Shown piece by piece: positions 29,773 through 39,928 of a stretch of DNA of 64,000 nucleotides. The notes beneath the pieces were generated by a model, which saw only the letters and a program-made list of their open reading frames with translations, was not told the DNA's origin and searched no databases. The position numbers and the translations under genes are program-made. Origin of the DNA: a virus (taxonomy: Duplodnaviria > Caudoviricetes); IMG/VR virus record IMGVR_UViG_3300029288_000086, positions 64,001 to 128,000 of that record. One strand, 5' to 3'. Numbering within the stretch: position 1 is the stretch's first letter; each line of letters starts with the position of its first letter.

Positions 29773-30246
29773 TTACTCCCAAGTTGCATCGAACAATACA
29801 ACATCCTTGACCGCTTTAATCTTTGTGGCAAAAGCAACACTAGTATCTTCTTCCTCACATTGCTCGTCCAACATTTTAGTTAAAAATCCTAAGTCAATAT
29901 AAGACTTTTCTTCTAATGCAAGATTATATAAAGACTCGATACTTTCAGTTGTTTGTTGTTCTGTCAATACATAAAAATCAGCGATACTATTAATGTCTGT
30001 GAAATCAATTATGGGGGCACTAACTTCTTCTATTTTTACTTTTCCGCCAGTTCTGTCATTGATATAATCCATAAATAAATTAGCATGACCGTTTTCACCC
30101 GCAGACTGTTCTTTGAAGAATTTGGCAAGATTTTTCAACTGCATATCTTCAAACAATGATTGGATTTGCATATATTTATTCTGATTTAATAACTCAATCA
30201 TAACCTGCTCATTTAAAGCATCATTTAAATTCTCAGATAATTTCAC
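29773..30246 (-). CDS. ftnA: Ferritin (non-haem, FtnA-like)
   Basis: LS..L.DALNEQ...EL.....Y, LAKFF..Q...E..HA....Y+..R.G, E...T.SI..L..LA..EK.Y....FL.....EQ.EEE. Confidence 0.8.
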   Translation of the reverse strand: MKLSENLNDALNEQVMIELLNQNKYMQIQSLFEDMQLKNLAKFFKEQSAGENGHANLFMDYINDRTGGKVKIEEVSAPIIDFTDINSIADFYVLTEQQTTESIESLYNLALEEKSYIDLGFLTKMLDEQCEEEDTSVAFATKIKAVKDVVLFDATWE

Positions 30247-30262
30247 TTACTGTGCCTCCTTT

Positions 30263-30589
30263 CTATCGGATAGCATTTATAACATCATAAAACTTTTCAT
30301 ATAAAGAAATATGATCTTCTCTTAATTTTTTTGCATTATTCAGATTTCTCAAGCATTCAGCAATAATATCAGATGCTTTTTCTCCAATAGTAATATCTTT
30401 AGGAATATCGTATTCTGGAGTCCAGTGAAGCATCCCATCTTCTGCATTATAAAAATTCAGATTCGCATGTTCTTCTTCTGTAAAAGATAAATCATTCACC
30501 AAATCCCTAACAATCTTTAAAGTAGTATAATTATTTTCTTTTGGCAAAATAGAAATTAAGACAAGTCTTTCTGATACTGTTAATAGCAT
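30263..30589 (-). CDS. Hypothetical phage protein
   Basis: 108-aa ORF with SD in operon. Confidence 0.6.
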   Translation of the reverse strand: MLLTVSERLVLISILPKENNYTTLKIVRDLVNDLSFTEEEHANLNFYNAEDGMLHWTPEYDIPKDITIGEKASDIIAECLRNLNNAKKLREDHISLYEKFYDVINAIR

Positions 30590-30614
30590 TACAAATATCT
30601 CCTAAGTTTATGTT

Positions 30615-30640
30615 TGGGGATATAAATTAATATATCCCCA
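30615..30640 (-). terminator. Terminator-like hairpin
   Basis: TGGGGATATA / TATATCCCCA. Confidence 0.55.
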
Positions 30641-30664
30641 TTATGATTATTGACTATTTAATTA

Positions 30665-31507
30665 TTATGCGTGAAGGGTATTGTACATTGGGATAAAGTA
30701 AGGAGTACCACCAACGTCACACACCAAAGCAACATCTGCGCCAACAGTTTCACTAGTAGGAGAAGCTGAAGGAACCAAAGCATTAGCAACAACACCACCA
30801 GCAACAGCGTTGAATTTCATAATTGTAGGCATTTTTGCAGTACCAGCGAATTCGATACCTGCACCAACTGTTTGATCTGCGCCCAAATAAAGTACGGCAT
30901 CGCATGCGCAAGCTGTAGTGGTTGCTTCAACTTGACCAGCAATAGCATGGCATAAGCCTGTCACTGCGCCAGTACCATCAATGATGCCAAGCAAACCAGT
31001 CGCCCAACCTTGTCCAATAGCACCATTCAAAACAACTTTACCAGAAACACCGGCTAAGTGAGCATTAGCATTTTTGGTAGAAACACCACCAGCGCCAATA
31101 TTTGTGTGCCCTTGCACCGCATAGGCATCAAAACAGTTTGCAGCTACGGAAGCGCTAGATAAAACACCTTGTAAACGAGTATTCGCCGTCGCAGCAGTAT
31201 TTCTCACACCAACAAAAGCAGACAAACAAGAACTTCCTTCATCTGTTTTATTAGTAGCGGTTGCCATATTGGATGTAAAAGCGATATTGTCCAACAAACT
31301 TGTATCGGTCACAGGAGTGCTATAAACACCCACGCTCAAGGCAGGGAGGTTTAGTCCCGTAGGAGCAGTGTCGATATTTAGGGACGATGCAGAAAAGAAC
31401 GTATCTGTCAAAGTGCCCAATCTGCGAACCTCAGTACCAAGACCAGTTCTCTGTGCATAAGTATTCATTTTGTTAACATTTGAAGCATTAGAAGCTGAAA
31501 AAGTCAT
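30665..31507 (-). CDS. Putative head fibre/decoration protein
   Basis: A/G/T-rich beta repeats; N-terminal N.M...AQ..GLG motif; head module. Confidence 0.55.
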   Translation of the reverse strand: MTFSASNASNVNKMNTYAQRTGLGTEVRRLGTLTDTFFSASSLNIDTAPTGLNLPALSVGVYSTPVTDTSLLDNIAFTSNMATATNKTDEGSSCLSAFVGVRNTAATANTRLQGVLSSASVAANCFDAYAVQGHTNIGAGGVSTKNANAHLAGVSGKVVLNGAIGQGWATGLLGIIDGTGAVTGLCHAIAGQVEATTTACACDAVLYLGADQTVGAGIEFAGTAKMPTIMKFNAVAGGVVANALVPSASPTSETVGADVALVCDVGGTPYFIPMYNTLHA

Positions 31508-31610
31508 TATTCCTCCATTTCATTCTTTTTGATATAATTCTTGTCACGGAGCCGAGGTTTTACCCTTGTTATGACAAGTTAATACGATATGATATTTTTT
31601 TATTTTTACA

Positions 31611-33227
31611 TTAATTTTTTCCACCTTTTGAGATGTTCGAACCTGCGCTGCGAGTTTCTTCTCCCGCCTCTCCAATATTTGAATCTGACTTTGTGGGACG
31701 TCCTGCCCCAGATGAGTTCGCTCCACTCTGTTGAAAACTAGATATGATAGGAGTTAGGTTATCGACCCAACCAGACATTCTTGTTTCGTCTAACTGTGTT
31801 TGAAACTCAAACGGATTAACTCCGAGCGCAGAACATATTTTTGGAAAATTAATAATTCCTTTATCCATCAATGCAGTTTGACGATCCAATCTCCTTTCTC
31901 TATCAACATAAAATCTTGTTCCTTCTAAAGTAATCTTAAATTTATATTTTTTTGTAAGTTTATTAATTTGATACTCTAAGAAGTTCTCAAATACAGGATA
32001 AAGATTTTCTACAATATGTTGATCAACATCAACACCAAGCAAAGTTTCTGTAACATTTTGTTTCTGTGAAGAGCTAAAAAGAATATTGCTATTTACCCCA
32101 GATAATCCGAGTAAATTCGTCATATAACTCTCATATAACTCATTGTTGCCCTCAAATTGAAATGCTTTCATATTACCCAAAGGCGCACTAGCAACGCTAA
32201 CAGCACTATTATTGATAGCAGACTTTACAAGTTGCATAAACTTTGCAGCCATTTCTGGAGATAAATTAAATTGATCTCTAAGAACGGCACTTTTTGAATC
32301 TTTGTTAAGTGTTCCTACTTCTCCCATGATAAGTTTAACTGCTTCAGCCAAATAATTATTCTTTTGCAAATTTCTAATAGTTGGTTGTAATGCCAAATCA
32401 GGGAACATACCACTAAAATATTGTGTTCTAAAATTTTTTTCGGGCTGCATTTTGAATGCCCACCCACCGTCCTCTGGGCTTATATCTCCCCAATAAGCAT
32501 AAACGTTTTGATCTCTTGTATCTACACTTCGCATTGGGATATAATCTATAATTTTACTACCTTCTCCAAATAAATTTTGAAATCCCGTTTTAAATGATGG
32601 CGCAAAGCCATCTATTGGAACACCACCTTGAAGAAAGAAAGTATAATCAAAACTAAAAAGTGTTCCATAATCCCATTTCCCAGTAATCATACACCTATCC
32701 GAAGGGAGTTGTTGGAGAAGCCAGCGATCCCCCTCGTTTCTGAATGAGCAGAAGAAAACTTCTTCACGGAGCATCTGTTTCAATGCAGTAGAAAACTCTT
32801 TCTTGTGATCAAATTTGTAAAAGAAATCTTTAACAACTTTTAAGTCTTTTTTATATGCTGGGCTTTTAAATTCATTGATATCATCGAGATTCATAACAGC
32901 ATAAGTCCAATCCCAAGAAGGAAGATTGGATATATAATCTATAATTCTTCGATACGTTGTAGACGTGACTTCAAGATTCTCAGAAATGGCTAACAATTCG
33001 CGTTCATTATCTTTTGGATTTGCAAGAGCTTTTTCTGCTTTTTCTTGAGTTATATCTGACGTAGAAAGGAGGGACATATCTCGGAGTCTCTGGTTGATAA
33101 GCATGGGATTATAAACCCCAGGATAGAGTCCGCCCAAAGATTGTGCAAATTCTAACGCAGTCCAAACTTGATCTTGAGAAATTAAATCTGGATCAGTTGG
33201 AGTAGTCATTTTTTTTGTTTTAGGCAA
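31611..33227 (-). CDS. Portal protein
   Basis: After TerL; Y.R.I.Y, LQQLPSD.C.ITG, FSFD..FF, P..SS.QQSG...GRP. Confidence 0.8.
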   Translation of the reverse strand: MPKTKKMTTPTDPDLISQDQVWTALEFAQSLGGLYPGVYNPMLINQRLRDMSLLSTSDITQEKAEKALANPKDNERELLAISENLEVTSTTYRRIIDYISNLPSWDWTYAVMNLDDINEFKSPAYKKDLKVVKDFFYKFDHKKEFSTALKQMLREEVFFCSFRNEGDRWLLQQLPSDRCMITGKWDYGTLFSFDYTFFLQGGVPIDGFAPSFKTGFQNLFGEGSKIIDYIPMRSVDTRDQNVYAYWGDISPEDGGWAFKMQPEKNFRTQYFSGMFPDLALQPTIRNLQKNNYLAEAVKLIMGEVGTLNKDSKSAVLRDQFNLSPEMAAKFMQLVKSAINNSAVSVASAPLGNMKAFQFEGNNELYESYMTNLLGLSGVNSNILFSSSQKQNVTETLLGVDVDQHIVENLYPVFENFLEYQINKLTKKYKFKITLEGTRFYVDRERRLDRQTALMDKGIINFPKICSALGVNPFEFQTQLDETRMSGWVDNLTPIISSFQQSGANSSGAGRPTKSDSNIGEAGEETRSAGSNISKGGKN

Positions 33228-33310
33228 TTATTTTTACCTCCTTTCTTTAGGAGTATATAAAAGTTTTTATTTATCATTTTTATTTGCATCTTTCTCTTTG
33301 AAATAAAATA

Positions 33311-35146
33311 CTAATACATCTGAAACAATCCAGATAATGTTTCCCAATCGTCACTTGTGTCCTCTTCTTTAAGTAAATTGATATCAAATTCTTGCGACAC
33401 AAAATAATTTACATAACTAATCGCTGAATAACGATCTTTATTACATCCCGATTTTTCAACCAATTTAACTTTCCCACTTACCAAAGCCAAATCAAGATTT
33501 ATACATTCGCTTATTAGAAGCCCAGTTTGAACATAAGGATTTAAATAGAAGGCATAAATTGAAGAATCTCCAGGATTACTTAAAAACTCTTTATTTTTCG
33601 ACTTTATTAAAAATTCTTCTGCGTCTCCATCTAAAATTAAGAATTTCCATAATTTTTTCTGTAAAGAAGATCTAAATGAATTCGCAATTTGACTATTTAA
33701 GTCTTGACTAGCCGACATTGGAAACACAACCGGTAAAGCATTAATACCCCTAGTCCTTCTTCTCAATTCATCTCTAACGTCTTCTTTTACCGAAGCAAAA
33801 TTTTCATCAACGATTGTAAATGGAGGATATGTTTCCCCTCTTTCTTCATCCATTGTGTTTTCACTTAAAGAGTCAAAAATACTGATACCTGCATTCTGAA
33901 GATCCAAGCAAACATAATCTGCTTCAAAATCGTGATAAAGTTCTTTTATTCTTTTAGCTTGAACCCCAGTGTGTTCGCCTTTATGACTTTCCATATATGA
34001 ACAATGCCTTTCATAGCCTTCTCCCTTTATGGGGATAAGCCTTATACATGCCATAATAGAATTATCATTTTTCTTATTTGCTCGCATAGCAACATCACAA
34101 GTAATGAATCTAATTTCACCTTCCACTTTTTCAATGGCATAAGGATTCTTTTTAGCATTAAAATTATCATCCCTTTGAGGATAAAAAGCTTGTTTGAGAT
34201 TTCTTTTAAATAATGATGATGCAAAAAAACTTTTTCCACTACTACCAGAAGGAATATTGAGATATTCAAGTTGAAATCCGATATCATCCATATCACCTGT
34301 TTCATTTTTTATCATATCTTCTGTTTTTATTCCATGGAATAATGTGATAAAATAATCTAAAGCTAGGAAATTAGCTGTTTCATCCCCATTAACCATTCTT
34401 CTTATGCATGATTTTACATATGTGTACCAATATTCAGCGGTATACCAAGCAGAAGTAATATAAGATATTCTACCATCTTCTATCAAATCTTTATCTGAAC
34501 CGTATTCCGGCTTCAACCTATAAGGCGGGGTTCTAACTTCAAGAAAAGGTTTTATTACTTTTTCAAGTATCTCTCTTGGAACTAACCTCGCCTCTTCTAT
34601 GACGATATAGTGACATCTATTCCCTCTTGCCGAATCGGAACTAGGAACAACTTTAATAGTACTACCGCAATGGAAAATACATTCGTATGTATTCGAGTTT
34701 GTTGTTATATGATCAATTTCTCTGGCAACATTAGGATATCTGCTTTGCAATTCTTTCATTTTTTCAGAAAGAAGAATGCCTCCTTGCGCAAGTGTTTTTG
34801 AACACACAATAATTTTAATCCCAGGATATAAAACACACAAAGTAAGTGTCCACACAGCAATAATCCATGTTTTTGCCGCTGCACGACTGGCAACTATATA
34901 AGCCAAATTACTTCTTTGCAATAGCCATATCATTAATATTTGATAAGGGTGCAAATGAATACCGAAGTAATCTTGGATCAGTCTTACTGGGTTTCGCCGG
35001 AACATAGTTATCCATCGTTTTAATCTATCTTTTCTTTCCCCCTCTAATGTGGAACTTCTGATCATAGATTTTGGACGTAAAAATTCATTTTGCGAAGATA
35101 AATTCTTAAGTTCTTTATTTTTATACGGACGAGGCGATGTTGACAT
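33311..35146 (-). CDS. terL: Terminase large subunit
   Basis: L.PYQ, ASRAAAKT (Walker A variant), ARGNR, IVIEEAR (Walker B), ITSAW, DVA, KDRYSA. Confidence 0.9.
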   Translation of the reverse strand: MSTSPRPYKNKELKNLSSQNEFLRPKSMIRSSTLEGERKDRLKRWITMFRRNPVRLIQDYFGIHLHPYQILMIWLLQRSNLAYIVASRAAAKTWIIAVWTLTLCVLYPGIKIIVCSKTLAQGGILLSEKMKELQSRYPNVAREIDHITTNSNTYECIFHCGSTIKVVPSSDSARGNRCHYIVIEEARLVPREILEKVIKPFLEVRTPPYRLKPEYGSDKDLIEDGRISYITSAWYTAEYWYTYVKSCIRRMVNGDETANFLALDYFITLFHGIKTEDMIKNETGDMDDIGFQLEYLNIPSGSSGKSFFASSLFKRNLKQAFYPQRDDNFNAKKNPYAIEKVEGEIRFITCDVAMRANKKNDNSIMACIRLIPIKGEGYERHCSYMESHKGEHTGVQAKRIKELYHDFEADYVCLDLQNAGISIFDSLSENTMDEERGETYPPFTIVDENFASVKEDVRDELRRRTRGINALPVVFPMSASQDLNSQIANSFRSSLQKKLWKFLILDGDAEEFLIKSKNKEFLSNPGDSSIYAFYLNPYVQTGLLISECINLDLALVSGKVKLVEKSGCNKDRYSAISYVNYFVSQEFDINLLKEEDTSDDWETLSGLFQMY

Positions 35147-35158
35147 ATATGACGCCTC

Positions 35159-36328
35159 CTATAAATATAGCATTTCTGCCAAATAGTCTTCAATCTTTAT
35201 ATTATTTTTATTGGCATTGTAAAAATAAGAAGATACGGATTTATACTTCAATTGACATTCCTCTGCTATATCTTTCCAAAACAAAACAAATATATCAATA
35301 TCCTTCTTCAAAATATTTATTTTCTCTTTTTGGCGAATACCATATTCGCTCATAAAAAAACTACCTTTTGTTTCTATCCATTTATCATAATCTGGAAAAT
35401 AAAAATCAGGCATATATCTTTTGTCGTCGTCCAATATAAAAACTCTTGGTTCATATTGAATATTTTCGTCAAGAATAAAATAATGATAATTCCAATATAA
35501 AACCTCAAAAGAAGATCTACAGTCAATTTTATTTTTATTTTTATCATAAAAATACCAAGAATGATTTCTTTTTTTCATTTTCTTTTGATTTTCTATTGCT
35601 CTTATACTAGAAGTTTCTTTTCTATAGCATCCACAAGAAGAACTGTTTCCATTTTTTAAAGCCGTACCTTGTACTGCTTTAATATTACCACAAGCACATT
35701 GGCAAGAATAATAACTCATTCCTCTATAATTTTTATGAGAAAATTCAATAACCGTAAGCCTTCCAAATATCATACCTGCGATTATTCCGTCGCTATTAAT
35801 ATGTCCACAATTACTAGAAGTCCCATTATAAAGAGTTTTATATTCAATTCTTTTTTCTTTACCACAACTACATCTGCATAAATAATATTTAGAATGATTT
35901 TTTCTTATATAATCGCCAATAACAGTCCATTCATTAAATACGTCTCCAATTTTTATTTCTTCATAGACTTTATTCAAATGCCCGCAATTAGTAGAATTTC
36001 CATTTGCTAAATTTCCATGCGCAACTTCTTTTATTTCACCACAAGAACATTGGCATAACCAATAATGTTTGAAGTTTTCTTCTGTAACGATTCTTGATGA
36101 TTTTAAAACAGTCCATTCACCAAAAATCTTACCAGTTAAATCTATTTTTTTATCATGTCCACAACTTTTTGATTTTCCTCTTTTTAATTCAGCGCCATCA
36201 ACAAGTTTTTCTTTGCCACAAGAACATTTGCAAAGCCACTGATGTCTATTGTTATTTTTTCCACCATATTCTAATACGACCCATTCATTGAATATTTGCC
36301 CCTTTATGTCTATAATCTTATTATTCAT
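35159..36328 (-). CDS. Free-standing endonuclease: four W.C.CSCG..SCG repeats plus PD-(D/E)xK domain
   Basis: Repeated G..F..W.V..W.C.CSCG..K.V....L..G.S.SCG; RSSFE, QYEP..F, YMPDFY, WIETKG. Confidence 0.75.
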   Translation of the reverse strand: MNNKIIDIKGQIFNEWVVLEYGGKNNNRHQWLCKCSCGKEKLVDGAELKRGKSKSCGHDKKIDLTGKIFGEWTVLKSSRIVTEENFKHYWLCQCSCGEIKEVAHGNLANGNSTNCGHLNKVYEEIKIGDVFNEWTVIGDYIRKNHSKYYLCRCSCGKEKRIEYKTLYNGTSSNCGHINSDGIIAGMIFGRLTVIEFSHKNYRGMSYYSCQCACGNIKAVQGTALKNGNSSSCGCYRKETSSIRAIENQKKMKKRNHSWYFYDKNKNKIDCRSSFEVLYWNYHYFILDENIQYEPRVFILDDDKRYMPDFYFPDYDKWIETKGSFFMSEYGIRQKEKINILKKDIDIFVLFWKDIAEECQLKYKSVSSYFYNANKNNIKIEDYLAEMLYL

Positions 36329-37307
36329 TAGATTCGCTTTCTACAATTTCATCAACATCGTCCTCAGTGTCAACATTAAAATCTCTACTTTGCGTAATAA
36401 AATTTTTAAGAGGACGAGTAACATATTTTTTAAAATAAAAATCAATATTGTCAAAATCTTTAAACAAATCTTTGTCTTTTCCAGAATAATATTCAGCGGG
36501 TTCATTTTCCTCAATTATTTTTATAAAAGAGGAAAAAGTATCTTTCGCCTGTCCTGAATTTGCAGTGGCAGCCTTAGCAGGATCAACACTAGCAGTTCTC
36601 ATAAGTTCTTGTAAACGTTTTACTGCCGAAGCATCACCACCACCTTTACCCATTCTACTTTTTCTAATATCTAATTCTGCAAAACATATCTGCCTAAGCA
36701 AAGATTCTTCTGTAGCCGTGTCACATTTATGTGTCTTCTTATATCTTGCCAATTCTGATTCTAGAAATTCGTAGTCTTCAAAAATTAAATCTGGCCCCCA
36801 GAAATCCTTTAAGTATTTATTAAAATCAACATCATCAGAAATTTCTTCATTGGAAGAATATTGTACTTGTGTATTTTCATCTCCCCTGCTATTAAACGTC
36901 AAATCGGTATCATCAGAAAGATTAGAAAGAGTAGATAATTTGCTTTTATAAATACCAAAAGTTTGTATATCTTGTTTTCCATCATTCTGCATTTTTGTTA
37001 TTTGCGTTTTTGTAGCTTCTACTGCATTTGGTGCCCATTTTATATTTAAAATTCTACAAGTGCGAAATAATGCTTTTTCAAAGTTTCTTTCTATATTTAA
37101 AGAATTGCTATAAATTTCGTTACAGTGTTCACGGCAGATTGACATAAAATTATTTTTGTCGAGTACTGCGTCTACGGCTTGGTAGAATTCTTTTATGGGT
37201 TTCATTTTCATACAAACCCTACAATAATTCTCAGTAATTCCAGTTCCATCGTTCTTGCTCTTCTTAACCAAAACCTTTTTCTTAATCACATTACTAGCTG
37301 TTGCCAT
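36321..37307 (-). CDS. Putative terminase small subunit with N-terminal Zn finger
   Basis: YCRVC.....EFY, IC..HC, WG......DY.FL...., E..EP; upstream of TerL. Confidence 0.6.
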   Translation of the reverse strand: MATASNVIKKKVLVKKSKNDGTGITENYCRVCMKMKPIKEFYQAVDAVLDKNNFMSICREHCNEIYSNSLNIERNFEKALFRTCRILNIKWAPNAVEATKTQITKMQNDGKQDIQTFGIYKSKLSTLSNLSDDTDLTFNSRGDENTQVQYSSNEEISDDVDFNKYLKDFWGPDLIFEDYEFLESELARYKKTHKCDTATEESLLRQICFAELDIRKSRMGKGGGDASAVKRLQELMRTASVDPAKAATANSGQAKDTFSSFIKIIEENEPAEYYSGKDKDLFKDFDNIDFYFKKYVTRPLKNFITQSRDFNVDTEDDVDEIVESESNE

Positions 37308-37384
37308 TTTATTTATTATTCTCCTTAAAGATATAATTGTATGGGCAACTCGCCCAACCTAATTGTTTATTATTGTACTACCAG

Positions 37385-37465
37385 AGCCAATGGGAGGATT
37401 CGAACCTCCGATGTTTTTATTCCTGTTTACAAAACAGGCGCAATCGACCACTATGCGACACCGGC
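37385..37465 (-). tRNA. tRNA-Thr(UGU), enlarged variable region, CCA not encoded
   Basis: Acceptor GCCGGTG/CATTGGC, anticodon arm CCTGT-TTTGTAA-ACAGG, T arm GGAGG-TTCGAAT-CCTCC. Confidence 0.8.
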
Positions 37466-37581
37466 AATATTTCTATTATTATCTTATTTTCACCCCATAA
37501 AATTGCGATTTCATGGTATAAATATTACAATATAGTAGCTAGAATGCGTAGTTCTAGCTACTATATCAAAAAAATTAAAAC

Positions 37582-39261
37582 CTACTTGCTCATGGGTTCT
37601 CTACTACCCACACTATCTATTTGATAATGTATATCAAATTCTTTCAATAAAGCATCACCTGTATAAGAATCAGATCCACCTATTCTCGATACCAAAATAG
37701 TCAATAAAGAACTTAACCCATAAATAGATGATCCAGAAACCGCCCATCCCACTAATTGATGCGTATATGCCGAACCAGAAGCATTTTGAGACACATTCAA
37801 TGATATAAAACTAGCACTTTCTACTTGATTTAAGTCCGTCCATTTATATTGAATATTCCACAACACACTACCACTATTAGTAGATGTTGGCATCCAATGT
37901 ACATGAGGATAAATTGTCGAACCCAATTTCCAACTATGGGGCATTTGAGCAATAACAGCTATTGTTTGGGTTTGTCCTGCCGCTGCTGTAAATCCAATAT
38001 AAGTAGTATCAAATCCCATTGGAGAGGGAGCGCCAACTGGATTAATTGCAGTAGCTGGAAAACGCAAGTCTTCCCATGTTGTTGCACTACCACTCATCCC
38101 CATTGTTCCGTCTTCTTCAAAATAAGTATAATTATCCCCTGTGCCGAATTTAGCAGAAGCAGATATTGCTGTTCCAATAAAACTACCCGATACATGACAA
38201 TTCACAACACTACCAGACGCAAGAGTTGAGGCACTACCATGTTCTAAAGATGTAAGATGATAGTATTGATCTGTAGTCCCACCCTGAATCCCACTCAAAT
38301 CATTATGTAAAACAGATCCTTTTGTAAATTGTGTAGCAAAAGCAGAAGAAACTTCTGTTGCAGCAGATGCGCCTTGTTCAATTATAATTCTCCCAATCAA
38401 CAAACCTTGAGAAGATATTTCATTCGGTAAAGCAGGAACGCCACTAGATTGAGCTTCTATTAATTTATAATTCCCATTTCCCAACACATAATATGCATGT
38501 TTCTCATTACATATCGCTCTAAAAACCCAAATTACAGCATATCTACTAGGCAATAATGATTGTAAATTTAAACCATCATCATATTGTAAATTGTTAAATT
38601 GGGGAGTAAAACTAGAAACCCAACTTCCACTACTATGATAATAAAATTGAAGATCATCTACAGAAGAGTCATAAGAATCTATAACCTGCCTAGACGCACC
38701 ATACCATACATGCCCACCCGTAGCAGTTATATATCTTGTAGATTTTTCTCCAATAATAAGAGCACCTGTTTCTGGTGCAAAACGTTCTGTTCTAACAAGA
38801 CGATCGCTGACTTTGTTTGCTAAGCCTCGACCCAACTCATCCCAATCGAGTATGTGTAAAGAACTGCCAGATCTGTATATTGTAACAATAGGAATAACGT
38901 CAGACTGAGTAATATTATCTCTATTTGTCGAAGATACGATAATTGGAGATGCGGAATTGTATTGAACCGTAACATAATTAGTTGAATTATCTGTTAGCGT
39001 TACAGTACTTCCACTAAGATTATATTTATCCAAAGGAAATACAAAACCACTACCAGAATATAATAAATATTCACCATCGCCTATTGTTACAGTACCATCT
39101 AAATTATCTGTCATTGTAGGCTTTGTAAACACACCGGCAGAAACTTGTTCTGTGTAATTGGTTAGGTCTTTTAAGTATGTCCCGATTTGAATATCTTGGT
39201 TAGAGCGCATAGACCGATTAAGATTAAATTCTTCACGATCTGTTATTTGATGAATCGGCAT
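37582..39261 (-). CDS. Large fibre-like virion protein outside the structural module
   Basis: HNDLSGIQGG...YYHLT fibre motif, WEDLRFP..HSWK.G..IYPHVHW C-domain, about 14 S-[AG]-S. Confidence 0.6.
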   Translation of the reverse strand: MPIHQITDREEFNLNRSMRSNQDIQIGTYLKDLTNYTEQVSAGVFTKPTMTDNLDGTVTIGDGEYLLYSGSGFVFPLDKYNLSGSTVTLTDNSTNYVTVQYNSASPIIVSSTNRDNITQSDVIPIVTIYRSGSSLHILDWDELGRGLANKVSDRLVRTERFAPETGALIIGEKSTRYITATGGHVWYGASRQVIDSYDSSVDDLQFYYHSSGSWVSSFTPQFNNLQYDDGLNLQSLLPSRYAVIWVFRAICNEKHAYYVLGNGNYKLIEAQSSGVPALPNEISSQGLLIGRIIIEQGASAATEVSSAFATQFTKGSVLHNDLSGIQGGTTDQYYHLTSLEHGSASTLASGSVVNCHVSGSFIGTAISASAKFGTGDNYTYFEEDGTMGMSGSATTWEDLRFPATAINPVGAPSPMGFDTTYIGFTAAAGQTQTIAVIAQMPHSWKLGSTIYPHVHWMPTSTNSGSVLWNIQYKWTDLNQVESASFISLNVSQNASGSAYTHQLVGWAVSGSSIYGLSSLLTILVSRIGGSDSYTGDALLKEFDIHYQIDSVGSREPMSK

Positions 39262-39426
39262 ATGTCCTCCTTTATTGCGGTTTCTGTAAAGAAGGTTATA
39301 ATGATGAGTTTACATATTATGAAAAATCACTATTATAAAAAATAGTGATTTTCTGCAACATATAAATATAATATTTATAATTATGATAATATGGATTATC
39401 TTATTTTGTCACATGAAATATCCGTT

Positions 39427-39912
39427 TCATTTGGTAGATTTATCTTCACCTATTTTGACTACCTTATGATATTTACCCAATTTTATTAATTGTTCTCTCA
39501 AAATATTAGTATCGCATTCTTTACATCTTACCCAATCCCAACCTTCTTCTGTAATTCTAATTACATTATCACAATTAGGACATTGAATAAGCATTACATC
39601 TTCATCAGCCATATGTTCTGCTTTGATTAAAGGCGAGATGTTCTCCGGCCAATTGACGATCTCTATATTTGGAAGTTGACGAATACCAACAATCTCATAA
39701 TAATCATTTTCTTCATCATAATCTTCAAAGAAAATATCCTCAATTAAAGAAACAGCTTCTTCTTGAACATCAAAAAAGTCTTCTCCTCCAAAATGTAACG
39801 TTCGGAAAACATGTTCATGCAAATTTTCTACATCAAGACCTTCAGGCACTTCCATTCCTTCGGGCAGTTCCCTTTTCTCAGGAATCATAAATTCTACTTC
39901 GAAAATTTTCAA
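39427..39912 (-). CDS. Acidic protein with C-terminal Zn ribbon
   Basis: CPNC...CKEC; stop codon inside the palindromic motif. Confidence 0.55.
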   Translation of the reverse strand: MKIFEVEFMIPEKRELPEGMEVPEGLDVENLHEHVFRTLHFGGEDFFDVQEEAVSLIEDIFFEDYDEENDYYEIVGIRQLPNIEIVNWPENISPLIKAEHMADEDVMLIQCPNCDNVIRITEEGWDWVRCKECDTNILREQLIKLGKYHKVVKIGEDKSTK

Positions 39913-39928
39913 AATATTTTGTCCTTTT

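Noticed and set aside
35159-36328. Group I intron or intein in the terminase
   Set aside because: The upstream gene ends with its own stop and terL has its own SD and ATG; no split reading frame or intein motifs seen.
37385-37465. tRNA-Tyr(GUA) reading of the anticodon loop
   Set aside because: Shifting the loop by one base breaks the anticodon stem; CCTGT/ACAGG pairing centres TGT, and the GCC acceptor start fits Thr.
37337-37624. ORFs 37337-37624 and 37341-37535
   Set aside because: Antisense shadows of the tRNA gene with no SD.
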